Below are positions 37,336 through 47,640 of a stretch of DNA of 64,000 nucleotides, one piece after another. The stretch comes from Cyanobacteria bacterium P01_D01_bin.156. GTDB lineage: Bacteria > Cyanobacteriota > Cyanobacteriia > Phormidesmidales > Phormidesmidaceae. The DNA lies in contig JBCCQQ010000015.1 of assembly GCA_039024555.1 (NCBI GenBank), positions 39,627 to 103,626 of the forward strand, read 5' to 3'. The notes beneath the pieces are model-generated. The model was not told where the DNA came from and did not search any database. It was given only the letters and a program-made list of their open reading frames with translations. Every line of letters begins with the position of its first letter. Position 1 is the first letter of the stretch. Both the position numbers and the translations under genes were made by a program.

Positions 37336-38790
37336 TCATTCATAATCTGCAGAACAATCCATTTCTCGAACGGACTCAAGCTCTTCAAGCTCATCCGCAT
37401 CTATATTCCAACCATTTTCACCAAGCCTTGCCCCTCGGGGGGCTGGCATCTCAGCAACAACATCAAAGGTAGTATCAACAATTCTAGGCTGTCTTAAACT
37501 GGCTAAGCGGAGTGTGGCATTCTCTACGTTTGCTTGAGTCCAATCGGTGTAATCCAAATCAGCGTAATTTAAGTTAGCCCCCACCAACGATGCTTGATAG
37601 AAATTAGCGTGTTCTAACCCCGCAGACTGTAGATTAGCTCCCACCAACAATGCCTGACGAAAGTTAGCATGTTCTAACCCTGCAGATTGTAGATTAGCCC
37701 CCGTCAAATTAGCTCGCTCAAAATTAGCGCCCGGAGTCTGGCTGTCAGTGTTCTTATTGGCAAAACAGATGCCACTCAAGTTGGCCCCCTCCAGCATTGC
37801 TCGCTCAAAGTTAGCATTGGCCAAAGAGTTTACTTGACTTAAATCTACCCGACTCAGATCGCTCCGGCTAAAATCAACATTAGCTCCTCCAGGGCCAGCA
37901 AATGTTGTTTGTCGTAGATCAATACGAGCTAGTACAGCATCATCTAACATTGCCCCCGAGAGATCCGCCTGCAGCAATTCAGCCTGTTCTAGGGTTGCCC
38001 CTGTTAGATTTGCACCGCTAAGAACAGCGGTATTAAAGTTCGCCTCTTCCAAGACTGCTCCACTTAGATCTGCTGCTGTCAATGTTGCGAAACTAAAGTC
38101 CGCTTGCCGTAGTTGGGCATCAACTAATGCGGCCTCCGAGAGATCTGCAGCAACAAAACGGCTACCATTGAGGTCAGCTGAGTCCAACTGAGTATTCGAC
38201 AGCTTAGAATTACTAAAATCACTGCGAGCTAAGATAGCATTAGAGAAATTCAGCTGACTTAGGTCACTGTGGCTTAAATTTGCTCCAGATAAATCCAGCG
38301 GAACTTGTTCCTCATCTTTAGCTGGCTGTAGCAAGTTAGGATTATCTCTAACATCCTGAGGTGCATTGACCAACTGCCATGCCAGCTGCCATTGGGGATC
38401 TAAATAAGCGTCTGCAATGTCCTCACCAAAGTTAGTTTGTGCCAGATTAGCCCCTTCTAAATTGGCCCCTTCTAAATTGGCCCCTCGTAGATCGGTGCCT
38501 CGCAAGTCGGTTCCTTGCAAATTGGCATTGACTAAGTTGGCTCTGCGTAGATCGGCCTGACGTAGGTCAGCTCCTGCTAAATTAGCGGCTTGTAAATTTG
38601 CAGCTTGAAGATAGGCCCCTTGTAAATTAACCTGACGTAGGTTGCACCCTCTACAAATACGAGTTTCTCTTAGCTGACGAACCTTTGAGGATTCTTGAGC
38701 ATAGGCAACTGGATGAGCAGATATTAGTGCGATCGCACTAATACTCAGCAAAAGCCCAGTACTCAAATTCACTCTAAACGAACGATACAT
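37336..38790 (-). CDS. Exported pentapeptide-repeat protein
   Basis: Signal peptide ending AYA-Q, CRGCNL, and long A(D/N)Lxx arrays. A 60-bp DNA-level duplication encodes ANLQSAGLEHANF twice. Start taken at MYRSF. Confidence 0.92.
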   Translation of the reverse strand: MYRSFRVNLSTGLLLSISAIALISAHPVAYAQESSKVRQLRETRICRGCNLRQVNLQGAYLQAANLQAANLAGADLRQADLRRANLVNANLQGTDLRGTDLRGANLEGANLEGANLAQTNFGEDIADAYLDPQWQLAWQLVNAPQDVRDNPNLLQPAKDEEQVPLDLSGANLSHSDLSQLNFSNAILARSDFSNSKLSNTQLDSADLNGSRFVAADLSEAALVDAQLRQADFSFATLTAADLSGAVLEEANFNTAVLSGANLTGATLEQAELLQADLSGAMLDDAVLARIDLRQTTFAGPGGANVDFSRSDLSRVDLSQVNSLANANFERAMLEGANLSGICFANKNTDSQTPGANFERANLTGANLQSAGLEHANFRQALLVGANLQSAGLEHANFYQASLVGANLNYADLDYTDWTQANVENATLRLASLRQPRIVDTTFDVVAEMPAPRGARLGENGWNIDADELEELESVREMDCSADYE

Positions 38791-39020
38791 CAGCATTTGA
38801 AGAAACAGGAGTTCACCACACAATACATCTATCAACCCATTGAAATTACGGAACCATATATTCTTCTATAACGTTCAAATCGTATAAGTTTCGCAATATC
38901 GTTACTTAAAATTAAGACCATAGTTATGGAACAAGATATGGAGTTATTCATTTAGCGTAACTAATTCAGGCAGAGGAACAGGCAAAATAGGTTGACCAGT
39001 CAGTAAACGAATTAGGGCGT

Positions 39021-39170
39021 CTAAACCAGGTTGATTTTTTTGCGTAGAGCACTTTCTATCAGCCCCATTTCTCTGGCGACTTGGCTGACCAATTTGCCTG
39101 ATTGCTTCACGATGATGATGCGTTTATCCCTTTACAGCAAGGGAAAGTGTTTCATTTTGTGTTGAGCCCT
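39021..39170 (-). mobile_element. Degenerate IS3-family OrfA (HTH) fragment
   Basis: Manual translation gives RAQHKMKHFPLL*RDKRIIIVKQSGKLVSQVAREMGLIESALRKKINLV*, an IS3 OrfA-like helix-turn-helix with an in-frame stop. Confidence 0.7.
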
Positions 39171-42100
39171 TAAAATTTAATTTGATATTCCAGCTTTAAT
39201 TCGGTGTCATTCAAATTTGAAGAACCCTGCAGCTGGAACTGATCGCTCAATTGATACTGCACACCAAACTGGGGAGGATTACCACTATTGAGAATCTCTA
39301 AAACATTAATGTTAAAACTGTTCCCTATTCGGAAGGAGGCTTCCACACCGATACCAATGCCCGCAGTACTTTCTGTGGAAGTATCCGTAGTGGGAAACAC
39401 ACTAAAGGATTGTAATCCTAGGGTGTTGGCAATGCTGTTACCCACGTTGGCTAAACTACCCGCTCCCAAAAATCCAGCAAACTGGGTCAAACTACCGCTG
39501 GCTAACCCGCCCACCACGTTACTCCCCAACAACGCTAACAATGTATCCTGATTGCGTGATGGATTACTAGTTAGGGCCAGATTGTCTACCAGTTCACTGG
39601 CCTTACCCTCGGCCACAGCCTGCACGTTGATATATTGCACATTACCAACAGATTCGACGTTGGTGTTATCATCAATTTCAGCACTGGTAGAGGATGTGGG
39701 CACCCTAGTCACATCGGTTTCTTGAACCCTGGCCGTCATCACCACATCAACATAGGGATCTAAACCATTTTCAGGGGTAAACACCGCCGTATTAGGAGCA
39801 TTGGCATCTAACCGAAACTGGTTAGAGAAAAGATTAATCCAACCGGACTTGAGGGCAATAGCACCATCGGGTTTAAGGTTTTTTGGAGTCCCATTCAGGG
39901 TGATATCTCCCAGCGCTCTAATATTGAAAAAGGGTTGACCTACAATTGCTAACCGATCGCTCAAGACAACAGTAAAGTCTCTCAGAATAACGTTGTCTAA
40001 CAAGCTTCTTTGTTGCGGCACAGGCTCAGACGTTGAAGCTTCTTCCCCTAAAAAGTCGGCTCGATAGGAGTTCACCTCTTCTAGATCGGTTTCTACAGGT
40101 AGGGTAATGGCTCCAGCCTGGCTTAATAAGTCAATAGCGTTAATCTGTCCATCGCCCACGTCGACGTTACCCCCAATAATCGGCAATAGAACAGAACCAT
40201 CAATGGAGACTTGCCCATTAAATACGGCCTGCAGAATGCCGCTGTAGTCAACGGGGAGTTGGTCCAAAGAAATTGCTATGCCTGAATTCTGTTTACGCCG
40301 AGTTGTTTTGGCCAAGGGGTGAGCGGCCAAGGATTGTCCAAAGGGCAGCAGGGGTAGCTGACCGGCCACTTGGAGTTGGCCATCGCCAAGATTTGCCTGT
40401 AGGTCTTGGATGGCGAGCTGTGCTAGGTCAAACTGAATGTCTCCCGTTAAGTTGGTTACGGGAGTGCCTAAATAGGTGCTGCTTACAACCCCGTCCCGCA
40501 GCCTAACGTTACCAGCAATAGTTGGCTGTGCCAGGGTACCATCCACTTGAACAACAATCTCCCCCCTACCGTCTTCCCACCGTATCTGGTCCTGGCTCAG
40601 GGTATTAATCACATCAAAGCCATCGTCGGGTACTACGGCTTTAAGAGCTAATTGGTCACTGCGGGGCTGCACGGACATGAAGGGTAGAGCATAGGGCACC
40701 CGACCCTGCAGCGTGATTGGTGCATCATCCGGCTCTAGGATGACTTCGCCATCGAGGGTTAGGGCAGCCTCACGATAGTTAAAGGTAGCTCCGACATTTT
40801 CCAAGGCATATTCGTTGATGCGAGGATCGATGATCAGCGCCTGCCCCTCCACAATCGGGTTGGCTAAACTGCCATCAAAACGGGTCACAATATCCAGGTC
40901 ACCAGCAGCGGCAACCGGCAGCGGGTAGACGGACTGCACCAGCTCTATCGGTAGGTTATCCACCGTCAGCTGTCCGGTTAACTGGTCTAAATCACCGCTG
41001 CCTGTAAGGTTAACTACGGTTTCCCCAGCCGTGATTAGGACCGGTTCAAAGTTAACCTTGAGTTCTTGGACATCTCCCCGTACCAAAAATTCATTGGGGG
41101 GAGCATAGGGTCCCCATTCCCAGCTGTCTCCCTGAATATCAAACCTGGCCCGCACATCGTTGATAAAAGGAGAGTCTCCGGCCACAGCAATGGTACCGGT
41201 AAACCCACCTGCAAGATCCCTCAGCGGAGGGATAACCAGCTGACCACTGCCATCAGCCGTTTGGGGCCGACTCTCTACAAAGGCAACAAACGCTTCTAAT
41301 TGGTCTAGTAAAGTTCCGTCCTCCGGCAATGTCGCTGGTTTTGTCGTGAGGTCAGCGGCTGTACCCGTCGGGGCTAGCAGGTTGTCTATGCCTAGATTGC
41401 TTAGATCGAGTTTTTCTACCAATGCCACTAGGTCTTCAATACGCCCTTCGGCAATGGTTAATTCTCCTGAATACTGGAGCTCAGGAACAACGCTAGCGCT
41501 CCCCGTCAGCAGATAGCGACTGTTGTCTAAGAGTAGTTCACCCTGGCCTAGGGTAGCTGTATTGTTGGCGTAGCTAAAGGTGGCGGCCAACTGTTGGGCA
41601 GTGACCCGATCGAGGCCTGGTTCAACAACAGTGACCTCACCCCTAGCCATGGGGTTAGAAACGTTTGTCAGGTCAGCAGCTACGCTGGCATTCAACAAAC
41701 CAGCTACAGCCCCAAACCCAGCCGCTGGTCGAACATTTAACTTGTCTAACGGCAGCTGGGAAATATTGACTTGAATTTGATTATCTCTACCCTCACCCTG
41801 GGCCACAAAGTCCTGGTTTTTTATATCAAAAGAAACGGGCCAGAAGCGATTGTCCAGGGCGACTTGCAACCGGTCCTGTTGTCCCTGGAGATCCAAACTG
41901 CCACCCTCCGCTAACGAGAATGTAACAGGACCGGTGAGAGATTCAAAAATAAGCTCATTGAGGGCCAGGTTATCGAGACGAGCATTGCCTGTCAAAGAAG
42001 GATTATCCAGACTGCCGGTGAGCTGCCCGTCAAAGCTGGTTAGCCCTGCCAGCTGTCCATAGTCCCGCACGGTTTGGAGCGCAACCTTGTTCAATGGAGC

Positions 42101-44119
42101 CAGATCAAATTCTTGCAGGGCGACATTTAGGTTTAGGTCCCCAATGGGAATGGGCTGGTTCAAATCCACTCCAATGGTGCCGTCTGCTTGAAGTCCGGGA
42201 GCGTTAAAGGATTCAACCGCCACCTGGTTTCTTTGCCATTGAAACGCTGTGGTCCAGTCGCCGGGCTCAAGCAAGGGTTGATTGGTGGTGGGGATACGTA
42301 CGATGGCATCTGCGATCGCAGCCCTGCCCCCAGCTTGAATGGTCGCTAAATCAAAGTCATTTAAATTTCCCGCCGCATCTAACTCGGCGCTGAGCAGTCC
42401 CTGGGCCTGGGAGGTAAACTGCTCCACTGGCACCTGATTGGTCAGCACCGTTGCCTGCCAGGCTCCGCCCTCCAGTTCCGCCACGGCATTGGCCGCTACA
42501 GTGCCGCCAAACACCTGGAGCTGGGTGTTATCTACAGTGACTACATTATCTGTCAGAGTGATGTCTCCCTGCCCCGGAAAAGAAGAGTTCGACAGCTGCC
42601 ACTGGGCAAATGCGGTCTGATTTTCTAAGGTGCCTTCTGCTTCTAGTTCCGCTCTTAGAGAGCCAATTACCTGATTTGCAGGTAACGCCACCCCATACAG
42701 CTGGGTAAACGGGTCCACCGGCAGATCTGCCTGGCCGGTCAGCTCAAATGCCGGATTTTCTAGATCCGTCAGGTCCACCTGTCCCTGGGCAAGCATCACC
42801 CCGCCAGCATCTGGCACCACCCGTAGCTCCGTTAGCTCAAACTCCGTTATCTCAAAGTCTTCCAGCGGCAGGTCAAAATTAGCCGACACCGTAGCTAGAT
42901 TGACTTTGTCCACCTGCAGCGGCTCTAGGTTAGCCAGGCGTCCCCGCACCCTCGGGCCTGTAAGCTCCCCCGTTACCTGAGTCGTTAGTGCAAACGGTGT
43001 GGTTGTATCCACCGGTAGAGTCTCAGGTAGTTCCAGGGCAGCCAGGGTTTGTATATCCGCTAAGGAAACGTCAGGAATCTCAGCGGTAAGGTCGTACCCC
43101 TCATTGAGATCTACAGTCCCTGCCAACCCTAGGGCCACCTCACCCACCTGGAGTCCGGTATTTTCCAGGGTGACCCGCTGCCCCTGAAACCGTAGCTGGC
43201 TACGAATATTGCGCACGGGTTCAGGCAAATCCTGAATCAAGACCTGGCCATCGCGAAATTGGGCCGTTCCCTGCACATCCAGCGACGACTCGTCAAAACT
43301 CCCCTCGTCTAGGGCTGCCGCTACGGTCAAATTAGTGTTGAGGCTACCGGAACTCAGCCCGACCAGCGACGGCAACACAATATTTACCCCAGTGGTGGAC
43401 AGCTCCTGCAGTCGCACATTGGCTTTCACGGCCTGCTGTTCGAGGTTGCCCTCCCCTTTAATGTCAAAGCTGCCCGCATCCACATCGCCCGTCAGGTCAA
43501 AATACACCTGCTGGGACTCTTCACCAGAAAACTTAGCAACTACATCAGCTCCGGTGACTTCTACCGTATCCCGGGGCACCAGTGCCTGGGGATCTTGAAT
43601 TAATGTTGACACCCGCACCCGAGCATCTTGAACCTCAATGGTCTGAATCTCTGTGGTAACTGTGGGGTCTTGGTCTGAAGGTTCTGGCAAAGAGAATTCA
43701 AACCAGCCACCGTCTGTGTCCTGCACCAAGGATACGTCGGGGCGTACAAGTAAAACACTGGGTTTTAGGGTCTTTTCGAAAAGCAGCGATCGCAGATCAA
43801 AATCTACCGCCACCTGGTCAACCGTTATGGATGATGAATCCGTTTCCGTGGCTGGAATCGTGGTTTTACCCAGCTGAATCCCCGAAAACGAGAGTCGTTG
43901 CATATCACCTAAATCCACCGGACGAGCAAACGTCTTAGCGATTTCAGCCTCCACCAGTGGCAAAACTCTGCTGTTGATTATCCGTTTGCCCCAAACCGCA
44001 GTTGCCAGGCTTCCGAGAGCAATAACGATGCCAAATCCAGCTCCAACCTTGAGCAACAAACCTAAATAGGGACGACGTGGCGGTGGCTCAGGAGGCGTCA
44101 CATGAGGCGAATTCGACAT
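39170..44119 (-). CDS. tamB: TamB / DUF490 translocation-assembly module protein
   Basis: N-terminal TM anchor, a long beta-taco repeat region and C-terminal DUF490-like motifs (GWINLFSNQFRL, GLDPYVDV, LTSNPSR). Confidence 0.9.
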   Translation of the reverse strand: MSNSPHVTPPEPPPRRPYLGLLLKVGAGFGIVIALGSLATAVWGKRIINSRVLPLVEAEIAKTFARPVDLGDMQRLSFSGIQLGKTTIPATETDSSSITVDQVAVDFDLRSLLFEKTLKPSVLLVRPDVSLVQDTDGGWFEFSLPEPSDQDPTVTTEIQTIEVQDARVRVSTLIQDPQALVPRDTVEVTGADVVAKFSGEESQQVYFDLTGDVDAGSFDIKGEGNLEQQAVKANVRLQELSTTGVNIVLPSLVGLSSGSLNTNLTVAAALDEGSFDESSLDVQGTAQFRDGQVLIQDLPEPVRNIRSQLRFQGQRVTLENTGLQVGEVALGLAGTVDLNEGYDLTAEIPDVSLADIQTLAALELPETLPVDTTTPFALTTQVTGELTGPRVRGRLANLEPLQVDKVNLATVSANFDLPLEDFEITEFELTELRVVPDAGGVMLAQGQVDLTDLENPAFELTGQADLPVDPFTQLYGVALPANQVIGSLRAELEAEGTLENQTAFAQWQLSNSSFPGQGDITLTDNVVTVDNTQLQVFGGTVAANAVAELEGGAWQATVLTNQVPVEQFTSQAQGLLSAELDAAGNLNDFDLATIQAGGRAAIADAIVRIPTTNQPLLEPGDWTTAFQWQRNQVAVESFNAPGLQADGTIGVDLNQPIPIGDLNLNVALQEFDLAPLNKVALQTVRDYGQLAGLTSFDGQLTGSLDNPSLTGNARLDNLALNELIFESLTGPVTFSLAEGGSLDLQGQQDRLQVALDNRFWPVSFDIKNQDFVAQGEGRDNQIQVNISQLPLDKLNVRPAAGFGAVAGLLNASVAADLTNVSNPMARGEVTVVEPGLDRVTAQQLAATFSYANNTATLGQGELLLDNSRYLLTGSASVVPELQYSGELTIAEGRIEDLVALVEKLDLSNLGIDNLLAPTGTAADLTTKPATLPEDGTLLDQLEAFVAFVESRPQTADGSGQLVIPPLRDLAGGFTGTIAVAGDSPFINDVRARFDIQGDSWEWGPYAPPNEFLVRGDVQELKVNFEPVLITAGETVVNLTGSGDLDQLTGQLTVDNLPIELVQSVYPLPVAAAGDLDIVTRFDGSLANPIVEGQALIIDPRINEYALENVGATFNYREAALTLDGEVILEPDDAPITLQGRVPYALPFMSVQPRSDQLALKAVVPDDGFDVINTLSQDQIRWEDGRGEIVVQVDGTLAQPTIAGNVRLRDGVVSSTYLGTPVTNLTGDIQFDLAQLAIQDLQANLGDGQLQVAGQLPLLPFGQSLAAHPLAKTTRRKQNSGIAISLDQLPVDYSGILQAVFNGQVSIDGSVLLPIIGGNVDVGDGQINAIDLLSQAGAITLPVETDLEEVNSYRADFLGEEASTSEPVPQQRSLLDNVILRDFTVVLSDRLAIVGQPFFNIRALGDITLNGTPKNLKPDGAIALKSGWINLFSNQFRLDANAPNTAVFTPENGLDPYVDVVMTARVQETDVTRVPTSSTSAEIDDNTNVESVGNVQYINVQAVAEGKASELVDNLALTSNPSRNQDTLLALLGSNVVGGLASGSLTQFAGFLGAGSLANVGNSIANTLGLQSFSVFPTTDTSTESTAGIGIGVEASFRIGNSFNINVLEILNSGNPPQFGVQYQLSDQFQLQGSSNLNDTELKLEYQIKF

Positions 44120-44274
44120 GGGCTCAAAGAATGACGGGGCCAGATTAAAGTGACTAGGTAGGTTTAATCGTTATACAACGAATTAACCTGTTAAAACTGT
44201 CTTGCCCATAACTCTGCTGATAAATGCCGGTTTCTATTACGTCTACTATCTAATTTTGATCGTCGCCTTGACAC

Positions 44275-44484
44275 TTAGCCCACCGTACTGAGTTTTTGGC
44301 TAGCCCACTTTGGGGTAGGGCGATCATTGACCTCCTGGCTAACCCGCTCAAGGCGATGATCAAACGGAATGATACAGATAGGAATCTCTGCATTAATACT
44401 TGCTTCAATATTGTTGAAGAGAGTGACCCGCTGAGCGTAGATTATGTCATTGGCCGGGGTGTAAATTCCAAAGCTTTCTGCCAT
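44275..44484 (-). pseudogene. N-terminal fragment of an Npun_R2821/R2822-like glycosyltransferase-type protein
   Basis: GIYTPANDIIYAQRVTLFNNIEASINAEIPICIIPFDHRLERV matches the recalled GIYTLAND..LLNSIE..P.CIIP.D start of this family. Only 69 aa, with apparent decay substitutions. Confidence 0.6.
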
Positions 44485-44584
44485 ATCTGTATCCGACGGC
44501 TGGACTACCTATGGTTCAAACCATAACAGAGCAATGTGCTGGCTACACATTGCTCTGTTTACCCTTGACTATAGATTAAACAAC

Positions 44585-45919
44585 CTATTGAGACTGTTCC
44601 AGCAGTTTGAGGGTATGGGCGATTACCCCAAGACTTTCTTCAAACAACACATCTTCTCCCCAGCGCTGCAGCTGCTGTTCCAACAGCAGATCGGAACGCT
44701 GGTCAGAAATAGCAGTGACCTCTTGAATGTAGCAGGACTGGGCGCCGCCACCGGACTCCATGCGCATACAGCCCGCTGTTTCAGAGCACAGAATGGTGCA
44801 ACAGTTAGCGTCCAAGTTAGTGGATGACATCCGCAACCCAGTTAAATCTCCCAAGACTTCTCCAACATCGGCTACGGGAATAGCCGCTAGTTCCACATCA
44901 ATGGCCCGTGCATGTTTACCTTTGAGGGCAATGCGGCGTAAATCATAGTCCCCGCCTTCTAGCTGATAAGCCTCTGGTTGCCAGTCCAAACGGCTCGCTA
45001 GCCAGCCTAAATACAGCAGGGCTTGGGCAGCATTACCCTTTTCATAGTCGATGCCTACCTGGTCCATTTCTAGCAGTGCCATACGCCGCTCTGGTGGATC
45101 AAAAGAAGCCGCCGACAGCTCCTGCCATGGGGCCAGACGATACCAGTTCAAATCAGCAACTTTTGTACCATTGGCCACCAGCTGGTGCATCTTCAACAGC
45201 TCTGATTCTGGATTGCCATAGTAGCTGGAATCTAGAATGATGCAGTTGCTCACATCAGCCATAGACTGAAATAGAACCTGTTCAGGATTAGGGGTGGCTT
45301 TCCACCACACAAACTTGGGTAGATCAGCAATTACTAGGGACTTAACCAGCGTATCTACCCGATCCAGGGCCTGCTTAGTCCCCCGTAGCGTGATGTACTC
45401 ACAGCACACTAGACGACTGCCGCTATTTTGCACTGGGCAATAGGCAGAAACCTGGGCCGTTACCCCGGTATCTTCATCATCAAAGGAAGGGCAGAGGGTA
45501 ATCACCCGGCAGGGGTTTTGAGCCGCCAAGGCTTCGTTAAGGTTAAACCCACGCAGGTCAGCATTTTTAAAGCGACGCTGCTCCGGAGCCAGTGCCTTAA
45601 ATTCGGCCCGCAAACGATTAAGGGTTTCTTGATCAACACGGTTTGTAATGGGTAAACCATAAGTCTGTTGGGCCTGTGCGATCGCAGCTCGTGTGGCTGG
45701 CCCATGCTCCCCATCAATCGGGTTAGTATAAAATCCCAGAGCTGCCAACAGCTGCTGAATCTCTTCAGGTTCATAAATAATCACACTAAAGGTGGTTGCC
45801 CGTGTGGCCACACTGGAACCATCGCTGGCATAGTTGTGCCAAATTTCCCGTAGTTCAGCTTCAATGTCATCAATGGAAATGTCTTTAGGCTTTTGTAACG
45901 TAACGAGAGAAGTCACCAT
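44585..45919 (-). CDS. opcA: G6PDH assembly/activator protein OpcA (with peptidoglycan-binding-like insert)
   Basis: Motifs LQKPKD, NPCRVITL, VSAYCP, CCEYITL, LPKFVWWKA and DLNWYRLAPWQEL. Lies downstream of zwf. Confidence 0.96.
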   Translation of the reverse strand: MVTSLVTLQKPKDISIDDIEAELREIWHNYASDGSSVATRATTFSVIIYEPEEIQQLLAALGFYTNPIDGEHGPATRAAIAQAQQTYGLPITNRVDQETLNRLRAEFKALAPEQRRFKNADLRGFNLNEALAAQNPCRVITLCPSFDDEDTGVTAQVSAYCPVQNSGSRLVCCEYITLRGTKQALDRVDTLVKSLVIADLPKFVWWKATPNPEQVLFQSMADVSNCIILDSSYYGNPESELLKMHQLVANGTKVADLNWYRLAPWQELSAASFDPPERRMALLEMDQVGIDYEKGNAAQALLYLGWLASRLDWQPEAYQLEGGDYDLRRIALKGKHARAIDVELAAIPVADVGEVLGDLTGLRMSSTNLDANCCTILCSETAGCMRMESGGGAQSCYIQEVTAISDQRSDLLLEQQLQRWGEDVLFEESLGVIAHTLKLLEQSQ

Positions 45920-46009
45920 GGTTCTAAAGCGTGATTAGAGAAAGGGTAGAAAATATTGCGGAGAAAAGGCGTTGCTGATTTACGAATACGGAACGATCAA
46001 TCAGGCTAT

Positions 46010-47539
46010 CTATAAACGTCGCCAACGACGACCGACCTTGTTCAGTAAGAACTCAGCCTCCACCGGTTCCCAGGTACCGGCTTCATAAAGAGGAATCTGC
46101 GCCGGATCCGCTGGACTATCCCAGGCTTCTAGAACCGGTGTTAGCACCCGCCAAGATTCTTCTACTTCATCACCGCGAGTAAACAGAGTTTGATCCCCTA
46201 GCATCGCATCCACTAACAGCCGCGCATAGGCATCGGTACTAGGTTTACCAAAGGCCGCATCGTAGCGAAAATCCATATCCACCGGACGGGTGCGCAGAGA
46301 ACTACCCGGGGTCTTCACTTCAAACCGCATGGAAATCCCCTCATCGGGCTGGATGCGCAGAGCCAAAATGTTGTCATTCATCTGTTTGGCTGCTGACTGG
46401 AACATCAGGTGGGGCACCTGTTTGAAGTGGATCGAAATTTCTGACACTTTCTTGGGCATCCGCTTACCGGTACGCAGGTAGAAGGGCACCCCTTGCCAGC
46501 GCCAATTGTCCACACGCATTTCGATTGCGGCAAACGTATGGGTGGTGGAGTCAGTTGGGGCACCTTCCTCTTCTCGATATCCGGGGACTGGCTGACCTTT
46601 CATCCAACCATTGGTGTACTGCCCACGAATGGCACAGCGATCCAGGTTAACAGGATCGGCCAATCGCGTTGCCTGTAGCACCTTGACTTTTTCATCTCGG
46701 ATGCTGGCAGCCGCTAGAGAGTTGGGGGGCTCCATCGCTGTTAAGCAAAACAACTGCATCAGGTGATTTTGGACCATATCCCGAAGAGCGCCAGCGGTCT
46801 CGTAGTAACCCGCTCGCCCTTCTAGCCCCACAGTCTCTGCAACCGTGATTTGCACATGGTCAACAAACTGTCGATTCCACAGGGGTTCAAAAATAGCATT
46901 GGCAAACCGGAATACCAACAGGTTTTGAACCGTCTCTTTTCCCAAATAGTGATCAATGCGATACACCTGCTCTTCAGGTACCGCTGCTCGTACTTTCTGG
47001 TTTAAAGCTTGGGCTGACGCCAAATCTCGGCCAAAGGGCTTCTCAATAATCAGACGTTGTTTTTCTGGATCAGCCAACATACCTGCTGACCCCAGTTGTT
47101 GAGTAGCTTCGGCAAAAAACCGAGGGGCCACCGACAGATAAAATAGTCGATTACCCCGTGTACAGCGTTTTTCATCCAGTTCTGTCAAAAAAGCTTTCAA
47201 CTTTTGATAGCTTTCTGGATGATCGATGTTGCCAGAGCAATAGAACAATCCATCGGCAAAGTTCTCCCACAGCATTTGGTTTCCAATGCCGCCGCCGTAG
47301 TCTTCAATTCCCTGCCTTAAATGCTCTCGAAAGAACTCATGGCTCCACTCTCGGCGAGAGACTCCTACAATGGTCAACTCTGGAGGTAATCTCCGTTCCT
47401 GACGCATCTTATATAGGGATGGCACCAGCTTACGCTGGGTTAAATCTCCCGATGCACCAAAAATAACTAGAATTTGAGGCTCTGGAATACGATCCTGTTG
47501 GAGGCCAACGCGGAGGGGATTTTCGAGGAGAGAAACCAT
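46010..47539 (-). CDS. zwf: Glucose-6-phosphate 1-dehydrogenase
   Basis: Motifs [19 protein letters not shown] and [13 protein letters not shown]. Start at [10 protein letters not shown]. Confidence 0.98.
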   Translation of the reverse strand: MVSLLENPLRVGLQQDRIPEPQILVIFGASGDLTQRKLVPSLYKMRQERRLPPELTIVGVSRREWSHEFFREHLRQGIEDYGGGIGNQMLWENFADGLFYCSGNIDHPESYQKLKAFLTELDEKRCTRGNRLFYLSVAPRFFAEATQQLGSAGMLADPEKQRLIIEKPFGRDLASAQALNQKVRAAVPEEQVYRIDHYLGKETVQNLLVFRFANAIFEPLWNRQFVDHVQITVAETVGLEGRAGYYETAGALRDMVQNHLMQLFCLTAMEPPNSLAAASIRDEKVKVLQATRLADPVNLDRCAIRGQYTNGWMKGQPVPGYREEEGAPTDSTTHTFAAIEMRVDNWRWQGVPFYLRTGKRMPKKVSEISIHFKQVPHLMFQSAAKQMNDNILALRIQPDEGISMRFEVKTPGSSLRTRPVDMDFRYDAAFGKPSTDAYARLLVDAMLGDQTLFTRGDEVEESWRVLTPVLEAWDSPADPAQIPLYEAGTWEPVEAEFLLNKVGRRWRRL

Positions 47540-47568
47540 AGGGGCGCAAGGAAAAAAATGGGAAAATG

Positions 47569-47635
47569 GTAGGGGCACCTATCGTGGGTGCCCTAGGTAA
47601 CTGTGGGCAAGGGCACCCACGATAGGTGCCCCGAC
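47569..47635. repeat. REP doublet (REPIN-like inverted pair of GTAG palindromes)
   Basis: GTAGGGGCACCTATCGTGGGTGCCCT (47569-47594) has an inverted copy at 47610-47635 with 25/26 identity. Each copy is internally palindromic. Confidence 0.85.
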
Positions 47636-47640
47636 AAGAT

